Assembly: GCA_015065365.1 (NCBI GenBank)
Contig: SVQL01000001.1
Span: 2,355 to 66,354, forward strand
Source: Oscillospiraceae bacterium
Lineage (GTDB): Bacteria; Bacillota; Clostridia; Oscillospirales; CAG-272
Direction of reading: 5' to 3'
DNA length: 64,000 bases
Position 1 is the first letter of the stretch. Each line of letters opens with the position of its first letter. Position numbers and translations under genes: made by a program. The notes beneath the pieces were generated by a model. That model saw only the letters and a program-made list of their open reading frames with translations, searched no databases and had not been told where the DNA came from. Positions 27,945-36,300 of this stretch are shown in pieces.

Positions 27945-28020
27945 GTTACCTCCCATTACTTTTTCATTAGATTTTGTCAATATAGTATTCTTTTAATATT
28001 AAACCCATTTTCACACTATT

Positions 28021-28049
28021 ATTTTACCACAATCGCCCAAATATGTCAA
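28021..28049 (-). promoter_or_regulatory. Candidate promoter TTGACA-17-TGgTAAAAT upstream of eda
   Basis: On the minus strand, TTGACA is at 28049-28044, followed by a 17-nt spacer and an extended -10 TAAAAT at 28026-28021. Confidence 0.45.
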
Positions 28050-28185
28050 CAAGCCGAAGTACACAAAAATGCCACAAAAACATACTTTTTGTTGTACATT
28101 TTTTATGTGCATCTCTGTGACCCTTCGGCATAGTTCAATATTACATATAAAATTGATAAAAAGGCTTGCTCGCTGATAAATATTC

Positions 28186-29520
28186 TTACTCTATCGGCGC
28201 TATATCAACGTAGCAAACGTCGTACAGCTTGAGCGTTGCGTGCCATTCGGCAGACTCCGCTCCATTCACTATCATTTCAGTTATCACCGCCGCATCATTT
28301 CCCGCATCGGTTCTGTATACGGTTATCTTATACTTGCCCTTCATTTCGTTCCATGAAAGCTCTACCTTCTTCGGCTCGGCAGCATCGTCGTCATTGTAGT
28401 GAGTCAGCAAAATTCCGTGGTGCGCTCCGTCGGTAGCCGCTACACAGTAAACATTCTCGCACGACTCAACACTTACCGCATTTCCAAGATCGGCAAGATT
28501 TGCAAACCAATAAAGCGAATAATAGGTTTTAAGAGGCTCTTGGGAAAGAAGCTCAAATACGCCGTTAAAAATGGCTCCCGGACTCAGATCGTAATACATC
28601 AGCATATCAAGCGGCGCATATTGACAAGCCGCCATAACGCCGGTTACGTAGGATGCTCCCTTTATTCCGTTGATTGCTCTGAGGCTGTACACGAAGCTCT
28701 TGCCCCAGCCCTTTATATACGCCCACTCGTTCAGTATGCTTTCGGTCTTTTCATATCCTGCTTCGTCGAGCATGCTTCTGACGAAGTTAACGCGGTCAAC
28801 AACTGTTTCAACCTTGCAGTTATACTCATGCCACGAAAAGAAATCGAGCGGAACGTTTCTCTTTTTCATCTCGTTTATAAATTCCATCATGTACTGTCTG
28901 GCGCCAACGGCAGCAGGTCCGCCTATTTTGAGATTCGGGAAAAGTCCCTTTAAGTGGTTTGCGGTAATTTCATAGAGATCAAAAAACTGCTCCTTCGTAC
29001 CGCTCCACGTAGGTGAGTTGTTGTCCTGCTGAAGGTCGGGCTCGTTCCATATTTCCCAATATTCAATATTATGATGGAAGCCGTCAGCCCAGCCCTCGTT
29101 GTAGTGACGAATAATATGCTCGCAGATAACAGCCCACTTTTTAAAATCCTTAGGCGGGTGAATATAATATTTTTTGGGAGCGTGCTCTATTGTCTGTCCA
29201 AGACGGTAAAACACCTTTGTGCCCGCGTCCATTATATTTTGCAAGTATCTGTCAGTCAAAAAGAAATCATAAGACTCGGGAAGCTCGGGATCTGCGTCAA
29301 AATCAGGGAAAACCCTATATATATCAACTACGTGAGGGCCTCCATACGCAGTGGAATCATCGGAATCGTGAGTTCTTGCGTACGGAAATCTCGCTTCCTT
29401 ATAGCTCTCGAAATTTCCGCGTGTCTGTACTGCAGCCTTGCTTTTGGGGCCGTTGTTTACGGCGTTCATAGGCTTTATCGCGCCAACGGTATTTGAAAAA
29501 TCAACCTTAATCGTGTTCAT
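28186..29520 (-). CDS. Clan GH-A glycoside hydrolase (GH39-like), cytoplasmic
   Basis: NIEYWEIWNEPDL contains the NEP acid/base motif. ~445-aa length and no signal peptide. Start at MNTIKVDF. Confidence 0.5.
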   Translation of the reverse strand: MNTIKVDFSNTVGAIKPMNAVNNGPKSKAAVQTRGNFESYKEARFPYARTHDSDDSTAYGGPHVVDIYRVFPDFDADPELPESYDFFLTDRYLQNIMDAGTKVFYRLGQTIEHAPKKYYIHPPKDFKKWAVICEHIIRHYNEGWADGFHHNIEYWEIWNEPDLQQDNNSPTWSGTKEQFFDLYEITANHLKGLFPNLKIGGPAAVGARQYMMEFINEMKKRNVPLDFFSWHEYNCKVETVVDRVNFVRSMLDEAGYEKTESILNEWAYIKGWGKSFVYSLRAINGIKGASYVTGVMAACQYAPLDMLMYYDLSPGAIFNGVFELLSQEPLKTYYSLYWFANLADLGNAVSVESCENVYCVAATDGAHHGILLTHYNDDDAAEPKKVELSWNEMKGKYKITVYRTDAGNDAAVITEMIVNGAESAEWHATLKLYDVCYVDIAPIE

Positions 29521-29538
29521 AATACATCTCCAAAACAA

Positions 29539-30810
29539 TCAATATATATCGACTTTAGCGAGAACGGGTAGATGGTCTGAGGGATATTTGCCGTTTTTAA
29601 TATTATTTACGACGGTATAATATCTGGTGTATACTGTATCGGTTGTAACGAAAATATAATCGAAAACGTAGGGGTGTCTTTTAGTAAAATTGCCTTCTAT
29701 CAAGGTAGGTCCCGTATCTCCTTTGACCTTCGCAACCTTTGAGGTCATGCCAAAATTCGGATTATCCCCCATAAAGTCGAGAAGAGCACTGCCGCTCACG
29801 GTCGTAGTAGTATTAAAGTCACCGAGAACTATAACGGGAAGATCGTCCTTGTTAACCTTCTTGATAAGCGCCGCAAGCGCGTCTATCTGCTTAACTCTGA
29901 CTTCCTCAGTTGCCCGATAATCGAGGTGTGTATTGATGAAAAGGAATTGCTTTCCCGTTTTATTTTCTTCAAGAACGACGTAAGTCATGGTACGGTATTG
30001 GTTTGAGCCCTCGTATTTTGATTTCCTCTCGGGAGTATCGCTGAGGAAATAGTATCCCTTTCGCTTAACGGTAAATCTATCCTTTTTCCAATAGATATGG
30101 TTGCCCTCGTCAATGTCTCCCTTATAAAGGTCGTAGGTTTTGAGGTTTTCAATAAAGTATTTGCTATGCCCCGTACCGTCCTCCTGAGTTCCGAGAACGT
30201 CTACGTCATTCTCAAGAATAGTTGTAACCATTCTAAGTCTGCAATTTGACTCTCTGCCCTCTTTATTCATATCAAAGAGAATATTATAGGTCATCACGTT
30301 CAAGGAAGGACTGTTCAGATCTTGAATTTCATATCCCGATATTGAAATTTCCTTGCTTTCCTCGTCTCCCGTTGCTTTTGCAAGAAATGCGTCGATAACC
30401 TGACAAAGAGCGCTGTAATTCGCGCCCAACAAAACTATCTTTTTGCCGGTAACGCCGATCAAGCCGCTTTGATTTTGCGCGTACGCCGCCGCAATAGCCT
30501 CGTCGTCCCCATCAAGACCTATCAAAATCTCAGGGCGGTCTTCATTTGAGAGCTCCACCTCAAGGGTAGTGCCATAAAGCGCCTCCAGCTTTTTGTTCAA
30601 ATATACGAACGCCCTTCCTGATCCGGTAATGGCGCTGTTTGAGCATACGACCGTATAGTCCTTCAAGGCAACGCCGTTGATAATCAGCGGACCAGTCACC
30701 GTCGGCGCCTGAGTTTCGGTTTCCTCCGTATTGCCGTTGTTACAGCCAAGAACTGCGGGCAAAAGCATAATCAATGCCAACAAAAAGCTTAAAAATCTTA
30801 TTTTTCTCAT
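29539..30810 (-). CDS. EEP family lipoprotein (intact paralogue of 41..1350)
   Basis: Lipobox LLPAVLGC. ~170-aa N-terminal domain shared with 41..1350 (…LCQVIDAFLAKAT). EEP motifs VMTYNIL, LGTQED, INTHLDY, LGDFNT, FDYIFVT and PSDHLPVL. Confidence 0.85.
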   Translation of the reverse strand: MRKIRFLSFLLALIMLLPAVLGCNNGNTEETETQAPTVTGPLIINGVALKDYTVVCSNSAITGSGRAFVYLNKKLEALYGTTLEVELSNEDRPEILIGLDGDDEAIAAAYAQNQSGLIGVTGKKIVLLGANYSALCQVIDAFLAKATGDEESKEISISGYEIQDLNSPSLNVMTYNILFDMNKEGRESNCRLRMVTTILENDVDVLGTQEDGTGHSKYFIENLKTYDLYKGDIDEGNHIYWKKDRFTVKRKGYYFLSDTPERKSKYEGSNQYRTMTYVVLEENKTGKQFLFINTHLDYRATEEVRVKQIDALAALIKKVNKDDLPVIVLGDFNTTTTVSGSALLDFMGDNPNFGMTSKVAKVKGDTGPTLIEGNFTKRHPYVFDYIFVTTDTVYTRYYTVVNNIKNGKYPSDHLPVLAKVDIY

Positions 30811-30837
30811 TTTTTTCTCCTGTTTTGTATTTTAGAT

Positions 30838-30866
30838 ATATTACAATCATCCGTCAGAACTTTCAA
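30838..30866 (-). promoter_or_regulatory. Candidate promoter TTGAAA-17-TAATAT for the EEP lipoprotein gene
   Basis: Hexamers read on the minus strand at 30866-30861 and 30843-30838. Confidence 0.35.
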
Positions 30867-31004
30867 CGTCCGTTCCTGCGGCTGAATAATTTTCGAATTT
30901 TAACTTAAGCGGTATTTTCAATTCAAGGTTATAAATAAAATAATCGTTCTGTATTCATTACGGTATATTGGGGTGTTGTTCTAACGTTAAGTAAAATTAA
31001 ACAA

Positions 31005-31037
31005 CTGCACAAGCCCGTCAAAGACGGACTTGTGCAG
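31005..31037 (-). terminator. Rho-independent terminator after the GGCG-tail gene; copy of hairpin 2616..2648
   Basis: CTGCACAAGCCCGTC aaa GACGGACTTGTGCAG (15-bp stem, one mismatch). On the minus strand it is followed by TTGTTTAATTTT. Confidence 0.55.
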
Positions 31038-31131
31038 CATTCTGTAGCTATTAGTCTAATAGCATATCACACGTCACGAACTGTTGACATGTTTTAAAAC
31101 GTATTCAAAATATATTGCGAAGTTTTTTTAA

Positions 31132-32274
31132 TCAGTCTTCTTTTCTCTTGATTACGAGAGCCGCGCCGGAAGCGAGTGCTATCATAGCAACGCCTGCAAT
31201 TCCGATAGAGCCGCCGCATCCGCCTGCAGCTGCCTCAGTCTCGGGAGCAGGAGCAGCATCGGTGTTAGCCTCAGTATTTGCGTCGGTTTCGGGAGTCGTG
31301 TTGGTGTTGTTATTCTCGTTGTTATTCTCGTTGTTATTCTCGTTGTTCTCGCCGTTGTTCTCATTGCCGTTCTCCTCGCCGCCTTCTTCGCCGGCAGAGG
31401 GTACGTCTAATTCGGGAGCAGCAAGCTCGTGCTCGGTAACTGCAAGTCCCTTGTATACACTAACGTTGTGAACCTCCATAGTAAGGAACTGCTCGGGGGT
31501 AACGTTGTCGCGTCCGAAACGGATAACGTATTCCCAGTTATCGTAAGCCCAACCGTGGCTCTCCTTAATCATCTGTGCGTCAACAGGCTCATCTTCCATC
31601 GAGAAGATCAATTCCCATGCGCCGTCCTTAACGACGTAAACATTATAAACGGTAATGTTATATACGAATCCAGCAGTGGTTTCGGTATTCATAGCGCCTT
31701 CGGGATGCTCACCGGTACCCTCGTCCTTGATTTCGATAGCGTAGGTCTGGGTCAAAGCAGCGTCACCGGTAGGTCCGTCGTATTCAACCGTAAACTTGGT
31801 GCTATCGTATTTTCCGCCCGCGTTTACAACGTAGGACAGGGTGTTCTTACCGGGAGTAAAGAAGAAGCCGGTTCTCCAGTCGGGATAGTATCCTATCGCC
31901 TGATTTTCATCCTCAGCGCTGAGAGTGAATACGGTGGTATAAGCGCTCTGGTGCATAGTGAATCCACTACCGGGCAAACGTCCGCCGTAACCACTTGTGT
32001 GACCCTCGTTTTTGACATCAGTCTGGGGAATGTAGGTAAAGGACATTCCGTCCTCTGAGACCTCAACGTTAGCGCCTGCCCAAGTAGCCGTAACGCCGAA
32101 GTATTCCTTGTTGTTGAAGTCTACGTTAGCGATAAGCTCGCCGTCTTCAACTGCGCCGTAGTTTTCGGGGAGCGACACCTCGCTGTTCTCTGCGAATGCC
32201 GCGATTGCCATGAAGGGCACGGTCATAAGAGTAACCAATGCCAAAGCCAAAATTTTTTTCATTGTGTTTTTCAT
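31132..32274 (-). CDS. Secreted single-repeat lectin-like protein with N/E-rich linker and C-terminal GGCG-helix-KRKED signal
   Basis: Start at MKNTMKKILALALVTLMTVPFMAIAAFA (AGGAGG RBS; ORF-track start 32358 rejected). Repeat motifs YTTVFTLSAEDENQAIGYYPDWRTGFFF, QTYAIEIKDEG and VSVYKGLAV. The tail is AAGGCGGSIGIAGVAMIALASGAALVIKRKED. Confidence 0.8.
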   Translation of the reverse strand: MKNTMKKILALALVTLMTVPFMAIAAFAENSEVSLPENYGAVEDGELIANVDFNNKEYFGVTATWAGANVEVSEDGMSFTYIPQTDVKNEGHTSGYGGRLPGSGFTMHQSAYTTVFTLSAEDENQAIGYYPDWRTGFFFTPGKNTLSYVVNAGGKYDSTKFTVEYDGPTGDAALTQTYAIEIKDEGTGEHPEGAMNTETTAGFVYNITVYNVYVVKDGAWELIFSMEDEPVDAQMIKESHGWAYDNWEYVIRFGRDNVTPEQFLTMEVHNVSVYKGLAVTEHELAAPELDVPSAGEEGGEENGNENNGENNENNNENNNENNNTNTTPETDANTEANTDAAPAPETEAAAGGCGGSIGIAGVAMIALASGAALVIKRKED

Positions 32275-32320
32275 AAAAAACCTCCTTAAAATTTTATTGA
32301 AAAAAATTTGTTTACTGTTT

Positions 32321-32449
32321 TTAGAATGGGTCTTCCGCCCAGTTATCGAGACTGTCATTTCCGAATATTACGGAAAATATCATAATATCCTTCGTATCAA
32401 CAGTAACGACTCTCATTTCGGGAGAAACGTATTTTTTATTGCTTTTCAT
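32321..32449 (-). CDS. Conserved 42-aa micro-protein (MKSNKKYVSPEMRVVTVDTKDIMIFSVIFGNDSLDNWAEDPF), paralogue of 5922..6047
   Basis: ATG at 32449 with AGGAGG 9 nt upstream; TAA at 32321-32323. Same position between the EEP gene and the GGCG-tail gene as in locus A. Confidence 0.6.
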   Translation of the reverse strand: MKSNKKYVSPEMRVVTVDTKDIMIFSVIFGNDSLDNWAEDPF

Positions 32450-32463
32450 TTTTTCATTCCTCC

Positions 32464-33300
32464 TTATCTGTAATAAATTAACTTTGCTATAACCGGAAGG
32501 TGGTCTGACGGATACGGTGTGTAATCAGCATCGTCGTACTCATTGTTTATTACCGAGTATTCAACAGCTTGCATATTTTCATCGGTGTAAAGGATATAAT
32601 CAAATATCCATTCTTCACGCTTTTCGTGCTCCGTTATAAGCGTACCGCCCATATCATGCTTGATAATTGCACTATCCTCAGACGTAAGTAGGCCGCTGTT
32701 ACCAGTAAGCTCAGCAATAGTCTGCTTTCCGGGAGTAGCATTCATATCTCCCATAACTATCTGATTGGAATAGTCAGCTGACATATTGTCAAGCCATCTG
32801 CGCAGAAGTCTCGTCTGATAGTCACGAAGAAGCTCATCATCGGGGTAATTAGAGCCTGTACCCTTTCCATAATGCAAATGAGTGTTTACGACGAGATACT
32901 GTACACCCTTATCATCTTCCAAAACCACGTATCGGAAGAATCTGCCTATTTCGTCAAAGACGGATATGTCAAAGTTACCCTTAGTATCCAAGGTTAAATC
33001 CGCGCCTTTAGCGTCTACGTCCTTATACTCCTTTGCAAGCTTTTTGTAGTACCCTATGCCGCTGGTGACAAGCGTAAATTTATCGCTCTTGTAGTAGATT
33101 GCAAGATTCTCATTTCCGTTTCCGCCGGACTTGTAGCAAGAATATCCTTTAAGCGCCGACAAATAACTGTCCCAATCACTGTCGTCCTCTTGCAATCCGA
33201 GCACATCGGGATTGAACGTCATAATAGTATCTACAACCTTGGAAGGATCTCTGCCCTCCCAACCGTTATCATCGTCCTTGCCCTCGATATTATAGGTCAT
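32464..33300 (-). CDS. EEP phosphoesterase domain ORF, probably the C-terminal part of a lectin-EEP fusion reached by a -1 shift from 33306..36830
   Basis: Motifs MTYNIE, LGLQED, VNTHLHYG, MGDMNAT, FDYILYT and PSDHLPVI. No RBS or signal peptide of its own. The frame is open upstream back to the T7 run and aligns with the A-locus giant (…FF…SLTAMTYNIEGKDDD vs …FF…YINVLSYNLEYKGDD). Confidence 0.75.
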   Translation of the reverse strand: MTYNIEGKDDDNGWEGRDPSKVVDTIMTFNPDVLGLQEDDSDWDSYLSALKGYSCYKSGGNGNENLAIYYKSDKFTLVTSGIGYYKKLAKEYKDVDAKGADLTLDTKGNFDISVFDEIGRFFRYVVLEDDKGVQYLVVNTHLHYGKGTGSNYPDDELLRDYQTRLLRRWLDNMSADYSNQIVMGDMNATPGKQTIAELTGNSGLLTSEDSAIIKHDMGGTLITEHEKREEWIFDYILYTDENMQAVEYSVINNEYDDADYTPYPSDHLPVIAKLIYYR

Positions 33301-33305
33301 CGCTG

Positions 33306-36300
33306 TCAGGGAACAAGTGTATTCACCTGTTCCCTTTGTTGAAAAAAATTCAAAAGGTTATCTCTTTTTTCGTATGGGCTGTATTTCTTTCCGTCAACCG
33401 TTTCTACCTCATACTGATACGTCAAGCCATTCTTAACAGTTCCGCGGACGTCGCTCAAGTCGTTATATGCAGCCATAGCGATGTCGGCTACCGTTCTTGA
33501 ATTGTTCTCCGAATCGTAATCGGAATAAATATATTCCACGTTTTCCCCGTTCACAATCTTTACGTAAAGAATTGCCGAGAAGGCTCTCTCGTAGTTTTGA
33601 GATTTTATATTAGTAATAGCGCAATTTATCTTGTAATAATCGCCATCCTCCAAAACTGTCAGCGCGTCGATTTCAAGATACTTAACGCCTTCTCTGTCGG
33701 AAGCATCAAGTGCCGCCTTAGTAAACTCAACGTCGGTAAGATAATCGGTAGGAGTGATCAACATTCCCATAATAACGTTATCCTCGCCGTATTTTGCCTT
33801 AAAGGTGTCGATATAGCTCTTGTAGATAAGACCTGTAAAGCGAAGTCCCGTAGGCTCGTCTATACGAATAGACGCTCCGTTTATAAGGTCTACCACGGAA
33901 GGAAGATTTCCGCTTCCCTTATAGACCTTTAGATCGCTAACGGTTACGACACCGTCCTGATTTCCAACGTTAGAATTACGGTAGAAACGCAATGCAAGCT
34001 CGGGATCCGTCGTACTCCAGTTCAGTGCAGTCGCAGGATCATTAATCAATTCATCGGGGTTAAGTGCGCGCACCAATACCCACTTGTTGTCCTGCAATAC
34101 CCAAAGATTGTATATAGTACAGTCAAAATCACTCGTAGACGTGCCGTTATCAGATATCTGAATTGCATACGTCTGAGTAAGAGCCTTAGTTCCGCCGTAG
34201 GTTCCCTCTACACCGGCAACAACTGCGTTGTTTTTGCCTTCGTTCGTACTCTTGTTAAATCTGTATGCGTTCTGACCGGGAGTCAAAATAAAGCCTGAAT
34301 TCCAGTCGGGGTAAAATCCTATCTCTTGATTTGCATCCGAAGCCTCCAAGGTAAATACAACGGTATACGAGCTCTTGAGTATCGGATAACGGTTGACAGC
34401 CATATCCTTACCCCATGCGCCCGATTTGCCATCTTCTATTCTCATCTCGATCGTGTGCTTATTCAAGATGGTCTCGTTTATTCCAGCCCAGCTGTCACCG
34501 GTGTTCCATATACCGGGCGTACCGTTGAAGTCAGCATAATAGAGCAGCTCGCCGTCATTAGCATCGGAATAAGACTTGGGCATGGGCACGCTTATCTTTC
34601 CGGCAGTAACTCCAAGTCCCTTATAAACGTCCAAATTACTGAGAGTTACGTACTTGCCCTCTTGTGATTTATCCAAGCCGTTACGGTAGAATCTAAGCAC
34701 GTATTCGTAATTATCTGCCGTATCGGTGTTCCACTTCAAATTTTCTTCAATCGCAGCAGCTGCCGCTTCGTTTCCGGGAGAGCTGAACTTAAATATAAGA
34801 ACCCACTTACCGTCAATCGCCACGTAAAGATTATACTCGGTAATATCGTATTCGAAGTTGGCTACATTGCCGTCGTTCTCGTTTCCGCTATCCATGATCT
34901 CAATAGCGTAGGTTTGCTTCAAGGCCTTCGTTCCGTTGTAGCTTCCCTTTATCTCGCTTCCGTTTTTATCAACGAGAGTTTCACCCAATTTACCAACACC
35001 GTATCTAAAGCTGTCAGCACCCGGCTTCAAAATAAATCCGGTGTTCCAATCGGGATAAAATCCTATCTCCTGATCCGCATTTTCAGCCTCTACCGTAAAT
35101 ATCGCGGTATAGGAGCTTTGAAGCATTCTATAAGTAGGATAATGCAGCTCAGCGCCCCAAGCAGCGCCCTCCGTAACGATTGCACCGTTCGCATCATAGG
35201 TAGTGGGCACCAAATTAATAGAGCGGTCCGTCACATTATAACGGTTCTCATTCATTCCCGCCCAAGCCTTTTGGGGAGTCCACAATCCACCGTTATCGTT
35301 TGTGAAGCTTGCGTTTATAATACACTCAACATCCTGACCGTAGGAACCGAACGCGCTAACAAATCCTTCACTTACCGAAAGTCCGGTATAAACGCTCAAA
35401 TCGCTAACGGTCATACCCAAATTTTGAGTTGTATCCTGTCCGTTACGGAACAAACGAAGCACGAATTCGTAATTGCTTGAATTCCACGTCAAAGCATTTT
35501 TGATAGCAGCTGCGTGCTCGGAATCCTTAAGGCTGAACAGCTTAACCCATTCGCCATCCTGAGCCACCCAAAGGTTATATTCGGTGATATTGTACTTAAA
35601 ATTCTCTTTTGCTCCGCCGTTTTCATCGCCTTCATCCTTGACTTCGATCGCGTAAGTCTGCTTCAATGCCTGCGTTCCGGCATATCTTCCCGAAAAGATA
35701 GTACTTCCGGTCGATCCACCGGCGTATTTACCGTATCTGTAGCTATCCTGACCGGGCTTCAAAATAAATCCGGTGTTCCAATCGGGGAATAGACCGAGCT
35801 CTTGATTTGCGTCTTCAGCCTCCAAGGTAAATACTACCGTATAAGCACTCTGGAGCATACGGTAATCGGGATACGGTAAGTCATCGCCCCAAACTGCGCC
35901 CTGTGTAACAAGATCACCGTTTGAATCATACATGGTAGGTATCAACATAACCGAGCTTCCGTCAGAGGAAGGACGCTTTGTCTTCATACCCGCCCAACTT
36001 TCTCCCGGGCTCCAAAAATCTCCTGTGCCCTTAAAATTTGCAGTATAGATAAGCTCACCGGTAGGGGGAGCCACCTTTCTGTTCGTAACAGCAAGACCAC
36101 TGTAAACGTTACAGTTGCTGACTATCAGCGACTTTTTTACTTGAGACTCGTCAGTTCCGTTACGCCAGAAGCGAAGCACGTATTCATAGTCACCGCTTGA
36201 CCAATTCAACGCAGAGTCAGGGTTGCAAGTCAATTCACTGCCTGAAAGCGAATACAAGAGCGTCCACTTGCCGTCAAGAATTACCCAAAGCTTATAAGCG

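Noticed and set aside
31306-31350. Possible CRISPR-like or other non-coding tandem repeat
   Set aside because: The unit is only 12 nt with no spacers, and it is in frame inside a CDS. No CRISPR array exists anywhere in the window.
31115-31471. 118-aa plus-strand ORF and the 60-aa ORF 31182..31364 with striking low-complexity repeats
   Set aside because: They are alternative-frame or alternative-strand readings of the N/E-rich linker and the GGCG tail of 31132..32274. The repeats are explained by the 12-nt coding tandem repeat.
32275-32358. N-terminal extension MTVSITGRKTHSKNSKQIFFNKILRRFF of the GGCG-tail ORF (and similar extensions at 10434..10508, 38588..38647 and 60487..60636)
   Set aside because: The extensions overlap the sORF or promoter regions and lack RBSs. 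They are also not conserved in the paralogue, whereas the internal Met is preceded by AGGAGG and starts a canonical signal peptide or an aligned N-terminus.
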